DNA of 64,000 nt, taken from the NCBI GenBank assembly GCA_043800255.1, contig JAZDNF010000009.1:293847-357846 (forward strand), read 5' to 3'. The stretch comes from Candidatus Altiarchaeota archaeon. Its GTDB lineage: Archaea; Altiarchaeota; Altiarchaeia; IMC4; SCGC-AAA252-I15. The position numbers and the translations under genes are program-made. The notes under the pieces are model-generated. The model had not been told where the DNA came from and did no database searches. It saw nothing but the letters and a program-made list of their open reading frames with translations. This document shows positions 9,736 through 17,225 of this stretch, piece after piece; the stretch's first letter is position 1; every line of letters starts with the position of its first letter.

Positions 9736-10035
9736 TCAGAGCGTCACTGGGAGAGAGATTAGATTCCATCCCAGGGTTAAGGGGATTATCACATCCTGAG
9801 TCGAACTTTCTAGGAGCGTCCTAGTGTCTGCGGTGTAATTGCCGCCTCCGCTGTTTGAGTCCCCGCCAGGTTGGGCGGTTAGTATGAAACGGGCGGTATA
9901 GTTCCCGCCTTGCACTGTTCCGCCCTGCAGCCCGCTGACTTGGTTGAACGTGAAATTCTCGCCGGAAGCGATTGCCGCCCCAGTGATTAGGACTAACAGC
10001 ACAGCCCAGAGGTATGAGATTACTGTAGGGCGCAT
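9736..10035 (-). CDS. Small secreted protein ending in GWNLISLP motif
   Basis: Signal peptide; two GGNYTA repeats; ATG overlaps the stop of the upstream adhesin (TAATG). Confidence 0.65.
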   Translation of the reverse strand: MRPTVISYLWAVLLVLITGAAIASGENFTFNQVSGLQGGTVQGGNYTARFILTAQPGGDSNSGGGNYTADTRTLLESSTQDVIIPLTLGWNLISLPVTL

Positions 10036-12749
10036 TACGTGCATGCTCCACCACCGTCAACTTGATTCCAACTCGAAGCATTGCAGAAGCATATCTCGTT
10101 CATTGATGTATCATGGTATATGCCACCTTGGGTAGTCCCATCGCATGTGGTCGGCGTGTCCGTAGATGTTAGCAGGACAGTAACAAATCTTACAACATTT
10201 GTAGTCTGCACATTCTGATCCATATCATACAGCTCATTAGCACCTTGACCAGTATCAACAGTTGCCGCGCTCAGCGCAGAGGAGGACGCGATTGTAATGT
10301 CATTATCGACTTCGGCGTCTGCAATACAAGACGTCCCGCACTGCACATTCTCAACACTGGCGACACCGCTAGACCATGCGACATCACCATGATCAGCATC
10401 AGCCATCTCAGCAGCAGCCACCACATCAGCATCCAAAGTACACGAACCAGCAGAACAACTGAAATCAACAAAATCAGCAGTAGCCAACTCAGCAGCAGCA
10501 ACACAACCAGTACATTGCAAATTCTGAACAGTCGCAGTACCAGTAGTCCAAGCGACATCACCATGATCAGCATCAGCCATATGAGCCGCGGCAACAGAAG
10601 CACAACTCAACGTATCAGCAAGACCAGTAACAAACTGATTAGTACAAGCCGTCGGATAACTATTAATGTCTGTCCAAGTTGAAGTTCTCACATAATTCGA
10701 TGCGGTTATTGTGTCAGACACATTAGCATCCCCCAGAACATCAGCATATGTGAGAACAACCTGCCCGTTCTTATAAATGCTAGTACTGTTCACGTCCCCA
10801 GAAGCAACTAGATTTGTCTTACTTATTGTTGCAGGCAACGCAGCATTATTCACGCTCCCGCTTGAACCAACTGTGATAGTGTCATCAACTTCTGCGTCCG
10901 AAATGCAAGAGCCACTGCATTGCACATTCTCGACTGATGCAACACCAGTAGTCCAAGCAACATCACCGTGGTCGGCATCAGCCATCTCAGCAGCAGCCAC
11001 CACATCAGCATCCAAAGTACACGCCCCGTTCAAACAAGTGAAATCAGTATAATCCGTATCAGCCAACTCCGTGTTCGTAACACACTCAGAACACTGCAAA
11101 TTCTGAACAGTCGCAACACCGGTAGTCCAAGCAACATCACCATGATCAGCATCAGCCATATGAGCCGCAGCAACAGAAGCACAACTCAACGTATCAGCAA
11201 GACCAGTAACAAACTGATTAGTACAAGCAGTCGGATAACTATCAATATCAGTCCACGCGTCCCTGCTCACATACAGGGAATCCAAAGCGGTACCGCCCTG
11301 ATAGAAGGCGGACGCATTGACGTTGTTGGACGAGACAACACCCGCAAAGGTGACGGTATTCGTAGTCTGAACGTTCTGGTCCATGTCATACAGCTCATTG
11401 GCGCCTTGGCCGGTGTTGACTGTGGCGAATGTGACCGCGGAGCCTGTAGAGACTGCCTGGTCGATGCCGTCCAAGTTAGCCCACTCAGCAGTCGTGAGGG
11501 AGTTGGCGCCGATAACGAATTCCGTTGCAGTGACCTTAACAGTCGCCGTAATGTTATGGAATGTGACCTGGTTTGTGGTGGCGAGATTCTGATCGGTGAA
11601 GCTTACATTCGACAGGGGAATGCCACCGGAAGTTGTCCAATCGTTTGTAGAATCGGTGTCCAGATTCCCGGTGCTGGTTATGTTAGCCAGATTGTGCTGA
11701 TGAGAATCATCATCCACTGTCGGGCTTGCGCCTGACCCCCCTAAATCGCCGCCCCATGATGTTCCGTCAGATATTACGCTCAACCACGACAGCCCGTCAT
11801 ATATCCTCAGAACGTTTAGCGTAGTGTCATAGTATATGAATCCCTCGCTCGGTGAGCTGGGCGCAGAACTTCGAGGTTCGATCATCATATAATCGCTCAC
11901 ATGTAACGGCGCCAACGGGGCTAGAGTGTCTATCCCCACCTTGCCGCCCATGATTGCCATGGTGCTCGACTGGGTCAGGTTAGACCCCGTTTGATCGTTC
12001 AATGCTATTCCAACAGAATATGAGCCGCTAGCCTCTATGCCCTTGCCTGTGGCAATGGAATACCAGCCAGACGAGGCCGTACTGTGACCTAAAGCGGTGG
12101 ACCACTTGCCGGATGCAGTCGTATTATACCCGGTTGCCATCGCATATAATGCTGATGAGGTCGTCCAACCTCCAAACGCTGTGGAATAGTCGGCTGATGC
12201 GTTTGTATTCCGCCCCATTGCAGTCGAATACCAGCCTGTTGAGGATGTTCCTTCACCCAATGCCGTGGAGGAGACGCCTGATGAAACCGTGTTAACCCCG
12301 CAGACGCCATCTGAACCGACGATTTCAGAACAATTCAGCTGTGATTCGTTGACGACGTTGCCGCCTAGGCTGTCATTCCTAACGTCCTCCCCTGAGACAT
12401 CACCCAAAGAGCTATACCATATCAGCCTCTCCTCACCGTTGAAGTCCAGGTCAACGCCGTTGATTTGATAATCCTTATAGTAGACTCTCCCATACTCGAG
12501 CGATAGGTTCAACAGGATATTCCAGCTTCCGTTAGATATTGCGTTGGCGAATGTCACATTGTAGAGGTTCGTTCCTCCTGAGAGATTGTCCCATAATTGG
12601 ACCGTCAGGTTGCCGGACTGCAATAATACGCCTGATTCTCTGACGTCCGTGCCCTGATCAGAAACCGAAACATTAAGGCTGCCGCTAACCTGCGCCCCAC
12701 TGAATACTGCGAAAAGTATTAGTGAGAATAGGACCCTTCTCACTTGCAT
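10035..12749 (-). CDS. Large secreted adhesin/fibre-like protein
   Basis: Signal peptide; about 7 YadA-head-like 14-aa repeats (xSGxxSTAxGxxTx); tail-fibre-like IYYDTTLNVLRIYDG and IYHDTSMNEICFCN motifs; internal Cys-rich repeats. Confidence 0.75.
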   Translation of the reverse strand: MQVRRVLFSLILFAVFSGAQVSGSLNVSVSDQGTDVRESGVLLQSGNLTVQLWDNLSGGTNLYNVTFANAISNGSWNILLNLSLEYGRVYYKDYQINGVDLDFNGEERLIWYSSLGDVSGEDVRNDSLGGNVVNESQLNCSEIVGSDGVCGVNTVSSGVSSTALGEGTSSTGWYSTAMGRNTNASADYSTAFGGWTTSSALYAMATGYNTTASGKWSTALGHSTASSGWYSIATGKGIEASGSYSVGIALNDQTGSNLTQSSTMAIMGGKVGIDTLAPLAPLHVSDYMMIEPRSSAPSSPSEGFIYYDTTLNVLRIYDGLSWLSVISDGTSWGGDLGGSGASPTVDDDSHQHNLANITSTGNLDTDSTNDWTTSGGIPLSNVSFTDQNLATTNQVTFHNITATVKVTATEFVIGANSLTTAEWANLDGIDQAVSTGSAVTFATVNTGQGANELYDMDQNVQTTNTVTFAGVVSSNNVNASAFYQGGTALDSLYVSRDAWTDIDSYPTACTNQFVTGLADTLSCASVAAAHMADADHGDVAWTTGVATVQNLQCSECVTNTELADTDYTDFTCLNGACTLDADVVAAAEMADADHGDVAWTTGVASVENVQCSGSCISDAEVDDTITVGSSGSVNNAALPATISKTNLVASGDVNSTSIYKNGQVVLTYADVLGDANVSDTITASNYVRTSTWTDINSYPTACTNQFVTGLADTLSCASVAAAHMADADHGDVAWTTGTATVQNLQCTGCVAAAELATADFVDFSCSAGSCTLDADVVAAAEMADADHGDVAWSSGVASVENVQCGTSCIADAEVDNDITIASSSALSAATVDTGQGANELYDMDQNVQTTNVVRFVTVLLTSTDTPTTCDGTTQGGIYHDTSMNEICFCNASSWNQVDGGGACT
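10300..11260. repeat. Internal direct repeat in the adhesin, about 380 bp units offset by 579 nt
   Basis: acatcacc..gccatctcagcagcagccaccacatcagcatccaaagtacacg at 10381 and 10960; near-identical gcaacagaagcacaactcaacgtatcagcaagaccagtaacaaactgattagtacaagc in both copies. Confidence 0.9.
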
Positions 12750-13068
12750 ACACCTCTGCTCAGTTAAGTATGGTTGTTGGCTTAAAAATACGATTATCTG
12801 ATGATTTTATGCCATAAAACGGCAGTTAAGGTTTTCAGGAGAATATCAACTTTTCTCCCGCACACACCCCCCCCCCCACTCTGCCCTCTGCTGTCCTGAA
12901 GAGCGGGTGCGCGTCTATTTCGTCGACCTCAAGCAGGCGACAGTATGCAGCATGGTCTCTCGTTTTCAGCTTTCTCTTGATAATGTTGGAGGCGTTATGG
13001 ATATCTGGTTCTTCATTTTTCCAGAACTCTCAGGTTATTATTTTGTTACACTAATCTGATTTCAATCT

Positions 13069-14190
13069 GTGAACACACTCGAGAAACTCCGCATACTGGG
13101 CCCATCATCGGCATATGACAGGTGCGGCTGCGAGTGCACTCCAAGAGAGGCGAAAAAGCGCAAGCGCATACTGCCGTCAGATGGCATCTATCCTGCGTCA
13201 ACCGGCGACGGAAGGCGCACGCTCCTGCTGAAGGTGTTGCAGTCCAACGAGTGCGCCAACGACTGCAATTATTGTGTGAACAGGTGCGGAAGAAGCGTTA
13301 AGAGAGCCAGCTTCGAGCCTGCGGAACTTGCCAGCCTCTTTCAGGAGTACCTTAGGAGAGGATATGTTGAGGGATTGTTCCTCAGCTCAGGCATCAACCA
13401 TTCTGAAGACAGCATGGAGAGGGTGCTTGAGACTGTGAGCAGGATCCGGAAGGCTGGCTTCAGAGGATACGTGCACACGAAGATACTGCCAGGAGCAACG
13501 AGGGAGCAGGTAAGAGAGGCGGCCGAACTTTCCACGAGACTCTCGATAAACATCGAAGCCCCCAGCAGGGCCAGGCTGTCAGAGCTGTCCACCCAGAAGG
13601 ACTACAAGGAGGATATCCTGAGGAGGATGAAGTGGATTCACGATGAATGGAAGAAGGGCAGAGTCCAGGCAGGCCAGACGACGCAGTTCATCGTCGGGGC
13701 TTCGGACGAAACCGACTATGAGATACTGGATACGACAAACTGGCTCATAGGGGAGATGCGCTTAAGCCGCACCTACTACAGTGCATTCAATCCGGTGCCG
13801 GACACGCCATTGGAAGGCTATGAGAAGACGCCAGCTATAAGAGAGCACAGGCTCTATCAGGCCGAATTCCTGATCAGAGAGTACGGATTCAAGTTCAAGA
13901 ACATCATCTTTCAAGAGGAGGGGAACATGCCATACGCTATGGACCCTAAGATGGCCTACGCAGTCCATAACCTGGACCTATTTCCGATAGATGCGGAAGA
14001 CGCCGCCTTCGAGGAGCTGCTCCTGGTGCCTGGGATAGGGCCCAAGACCGCGCGTAGGATATTAAACCTGAGAGGGGAAGGCTCTGGCATCTGGAAAATC
14101 CTGCCAAAGAAGGCGATACCATTCCTGGAGATGAAAGGGAAAAAGCAGGCGAGGCTCGGCGATTTTTTAGCGGAAAAACACATTAGTTGA
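13069..14190 (+). CDS. Putative DNA modification/repair radical SAM protein with C-terminal HhH
   Basis: CANDCNYC, GLFLSSG, REHRLYQAEFL, LLLVPGIGPKTA. Confidence 0.85.
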   Translation: MNTLEKLRILGPSSAYDRCGCECTPREAKKRKRILPSDGIYPASTGDGRRTLLLKVLQSNECANDCNYCVNRCGRSVKRASFEPAELASLFQEYLRRGYVEGLFLSSGINHSEDSMERVLETVSRIRKAGFRGYVHTKILPGATREQVREAAELSTRLSINIEAPSRARLSELSTQKDYKEDILRRMKWIHDEWKKGRVQAGQTTQFIVGASDETDYEILDTTNWLIGEMRLSRTYYSAFNPVPDTPLEGYEKTPAIREHRLYQAEFLIREYGFKFKNIIFQEEGNMPYAMDPKMAYAVHNLDLFPIDAEDAAFEELLLVPGIGPKTARRILNLRGEGSGIWKILPKKAIPFLEMKGKKQARLGDFLAEKHIS

Positions 14191-14203
14191 GCGGGTGATG
14201 AAT

Positions 14204-14674
14204 ATGAAGACTCTTGTAGCATACTATTCTAGGACTGGGAACACAAGGAGAGTCGGGCAAGAGATTGCGAAAAAACTCGAAGCCGACATCGAGGAGATAA
14301 AGCCGGTGAGGAACCGCTCAACGATTTCCACATACATAGTGGGCAGCTTCAAGAGCTTTCTCAAGAAGCCAGAGGAGATAAAAGCGACTGCAAAGGACGC
14401 CAGAACCTATGATCTCGTGATTATCGGCTCGCCTATCTGGGGAGGCTATATGACAGGCATGATGAGGTCATACATCCAGCAGAACAGTGAGAAATTCAAG
14501 AAGGTCGCATTCTACGTGACATGCGGTGGAGCGAGTTCCCAAAAGTCCCTCGATGATATGGGAGAGGCTATCGGGGGAAAACCTGAGGCAACCCTTGCTG
14601 TGAGAGAGAAGGATTTAGCGAAAGGAGAGCACATCAAGCTGATAAAGGAGTTCACAGACAAGCTGAAGGAATGA
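14204..14674 (+). CDS. Flavodoxin-like protein
   Basis: YYSRTGNT, IGSPIWGG, FYVTCGG; GGTGA RBS. Confidence 0.88.
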   Translation: MKTLVAYYSRTGNTRRVGQEIAKKLEADIEEIKPVRNRSTISTYIVGSFKSFLKKPEEIKATAKDARTYDLVIIGSPIWGGYMTGMMRSYIQQNSEKFKKVAFYVTCGGASSQKSLDDMGEAIGGKPEATLAVREKDLAKGEHIKLIKEFTDKLKE

Positions 14675-15375
14675 CTCGGATTAAGAAGGTTCTGAGAAAG
14701 CTGAAGTCGTTGGGGAACGAGCGGGACAGGAGTGGAATGGGCCGCTTCGGCATCGACGTCGAGAACGCCTACGGGGTGTCGATTTACAGGATAAGGCCGA
14801 TAGCCAAAGAGTTGGGGAAGGACCACAAGCTTGCGCTTGAACTGTGGAAGTCCGGAGTCCACGAGGCTCGGATACTGGCAGGGATAGTAGACGACCCGGG
14901 GAAGGTCACTGACGCGCAGATGGAAAAATGGGTGAATGATTTCGACTCCTGGGACGTAGTCGACCAGGTCTGCAGCAACCTCTTCGACAAGACAGAGTTC
15001 GCGTACAAGAAGGCGGTCGAGTGGAGTTCCAGGAACGAGGAGTTCGTCAAGAGAGCCGGTTTCACGCTGATGGCCTGCCTGTCAGTCCACGACAAAAACG
15101 CAGAAGATAAAAAATTCGAAAGATTTCTCCCGATCATTGTCAGAGAGGCTACAGACGAGCGGAATTTCGTGAGAAAAGCCGTGAACTGGGCGCTGCGGCA
15201 GATAGGTAAGAGAGACAGGAAATTGAACAGGAAGGCGATTGCCACAGCGAGGAAGATTCAGAGAATCGACTCCAAGGCCGCCAGATGGATAGCTGCTGAC
15301 GCCCTCAGGGAGCTGGAAGGCGAGAAAGTGCAAAAGCGCATTAGAGAGAGGCATTATTTAAAACTCAAATTGTAA
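14671..15375 (+). CDS. AlkD-like DNA alkylation repair protein
   Basis: DFDSWDVVDQVC, EEFVKRAG, DERNFVRKAVNWALRQIGKR. Confidence 0.88.
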   Translation: MTRIKKVLRKLKSLGNERDRSGMGRFGIDVENAYGVSIYRIRPIAKELGKDHKLALELWKSGVHEARILAGIVDDPGKVTDAQMEKWVNDFDSWDVVDQVCSNLFDKTEFAYKKAVEWSSRNEEFVKRAGFTLMACLSVHDKNAEDKKFERFLPIIVREATDERNFVRKAVNWALRQIGKRDRKLNRKAIATARKIQRIDSKAARWIAADALRELEGEKVQKRIRERHYLKLKL

Positions 15376-15385
15376 GGGATACCGT

Positions 15386-15634
15386 ATGGAGATTAAAAGA
15401 TTGCTGACTGAGGAGAATGTTGGAGGGTTTGACCTGGCGTTGAGGGCGCTGGTAGGCAGCCTAGCGGTTATTGCGCTGGCGATGGACCTCGTTCCGCAGA
15501 AGTGGGAGTGGTTTGCCGCTTTGGCTGCATTGGGCGGATTGTACACTGCCATGACACGCCACTGCTCACCGTATGTGCCCTTCAATTTCAGCACCAGAAA
15601 GGATGGTTGCAGGACAGATAATAAAAAGCCCTGA
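15386..15634 (+). CDS. DUF2892/YgaP-like membrane protein
   Basis: NVGGFDLALR...two TM...HCSPY. Confidence 0.75.
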   Translation: MEIKRLLTEENVGGFDLALRALVGSLAVIALAMDLVPQKWEWFAALAALGGLYTAMTRHCSPYVPFNFSTRKDGCRTDNKKP

Positions 15635-16202
15635 CACTCTGAGAGGGAATAGAATCCCGCCAGGACAGAGGGTCACCGACCAGTGGCCTGTGCTGCACAG
15701 CGGGAGCGTCCAGAAGATTGACTCGGATAAGTGGGTCTTCCGCATAGAGGGGCTCGTGGACAAAGAGAGGGAACTGGATTACAAAGAGTTCATGGCATTG
15801 CCGAAAGTTAAAGTCCTTTCGGACATACACTGTGTCACAACCTGGTCGAAACTTGACAACCTGTGGGAGGGTGTGAGCTCGAGGACATTAAAAGACCTGG
15901 TAACGATAGAACCAGAGGCGGGATACGTAATCGCAAAAGCTGCGGGAGACTTCACAACAAACCTGTCCATGGATGACTTCTTCCAGGAGGATGTCCTCTT
16001 CGCGACAAAATACGATGGAAAAGACCTGACGCCGGAGCACGGCGGCCCGGCGAGGCTGGTAGTGCCCAGGCTTTACTTCTGGAAGAGCGCCAAATGGGTT
16101 ACCGGCGTCGAATTCACGGCAGAAGACAAGCCGGGCTTCTGGGAATCCAGAGGATACCACAACAGAGGCGACCCATGGAAAGAGGAACGATACAGCGACT
16201 AA
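15603..16202 (+). CDS. Sulfite-oxidase-like molybdopterin oxidoreductase (cytoplasmic)
   Basis: RIPPGQ, DIHCVTTWS, EHGGPARLVVP.LYFWKSAKW, GFWE..GYH. Confidence 0.9.
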   Translation: MVAGQIIKSPDTLRGNRIPPGQRVTDQWPVLHSGSVQKIDSDKWVFRIEGLVDKERELDYKEFMALPKVKVLSDIHCVTTWSKLDNLWEGVSSRTLKDLVTIEPEAGYVIAKAAGDFTTNLSMDDFFQEDVLFATKYDGKDLTPEHGGPARLVVPRLYFWKSAKWVTGVEFTAEDKPGFWESRGYHNRGDPWKEERYSD

Positions 16203-16229
16203 TAAATGAGGGTAACTATTTGTAACCGT

Positions 16230-16874
16230 ATGAAAAGTGCACTCGTCCTCATCATCATCCTGTTGATTTCAGGCTGCGTGACACGGCAACAGCCTGTCCA
16301 GCTGCAGAGCGTTGAAGTCAGAGAATATCAAGGAGAGAAACTGTCTTCTGTGGATGATCTCAGGGAGAACTCCATCAGGGGCCCGCAGTACGTTGACATG
16401 CGCAACTACGGTCTGAAGATTAACGGCCTCGTCGAGAATCCGTTGGAGCTGAAGTACGATGAAGTCTTAGAGGACTACCGGAGCTATAGTAAGGTCGTCA
16501 GACTGGACTGCGTTGAAGGATGGAGCGTTAACATACTCTGGGAGGGTGCGCTGGTAAGAGACCTCCTGGAAGATGCTAAGCCGCTGCCAGAGGCTAACAC
16601 GGTAATATTCTACGCCTACGACGGCTATTCCACCTCATTCCCATTGGAGTACTTCCACGACAATGAAATAATAATGGCTTACAGGATGAACAACATCACG
16701 ATCCCGCCTGAGAGGGGACACCCGTTCATGCTGGTCGCGGAGAGCAAGTGGGGCTATAAGTGGATAAAGTGGATAACCAGGATAGAGCTCTCAGACAACC
16801 CAGACTATGAGGGATATTGGGAGAGCAGAGGCTACTCCGACAGCGGAGACCGAGATAAAAGCTTTTTAGACTGA
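16230..16874 (+). CDS. Sulfite-oxidase-like molybdopterin oxidoreductase, lipoprotein
   Basis: Lipobox LISGC; LDCVEGWS, ERGHPF, WGYKWIKW, GYWESRGY. Confidence 0.88.
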   Translation: MKSALVLIIILLISGCVTRQQPVQLQSVEVREYQGEKLSSVDDLRENSIRGPQYVDMRNYGLKINGLVENPLELKYDEVLEDYRSYSKVVRLDCVEGWSVNILWEGALVRDLLEDAKPLPEANTVIFYAYDGYSTSFPLEYFHDNEIIMAYRMNNITIPPERGHPFMLVAESKWGYKWIKWITRIELSDNPDYEGYWESRGYSDSGDRDKSFLD

Positions 16875-16880
16875 CGTAAA

Positions 16881-17117
16881 ATGAGCCTGAAAACGTTCAA
16901 AAAGACTGTGCACTGGTCGCTTGCAGCCTTAGTAGTAATTTACATCGTAACAGGTTTCGGGATAACGCAATACAGGACTGTGGAGAGGCTCACCGGGGGA
17001 CTCTTGACAAAGAGCATATCATTCACACTGCACAATAACATCGAGATACCGTTCATCATACTCTTAGTTTTGCACATTTATTTCACGGTATTCGAAAGAG
17101 GAAAGGATAGAGTATGA
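16881..17117 (+). CDS. Small two-TM, His-containing membrane protein (possible heme b partner)
   Basis: HWSL..ITG..LH...LLVLHI pattern; directly after the Mo enzyme. Confidence 0.6.
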   Translation: MSLKTFKKTVHWSLAALVVIYIVTGFGITQYRTVERLTGGLLTKSISFTLHNNIEIPFIILLVLHIYFTVFERGKDRV

Positions 17118-17225
17118 GAATGGACTGGAAACTGAAGCTGAGGTGCCTTTGATAATGGCAGCGGCTACAGTGTACTATCTGCACTACCGGATTTTCCGCG
17201 ACCTCACTCACATATTCATAGTGAA

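Noticed and set aside
10300-11260. Diversity-generating retroelement TR/VR pair
   Set aside because: Both copies are in frame inside one gene, the differences are not adenine-specific, and no reverse transcriptase is seen.
12867-12877. C11 homopolymer as a phase-variation switch for the adhesin
   Set aside because: It lies about 120 nt upstream of the start, beyond the likely TATA box, and in no supported ORF; there is no evidence without reads.
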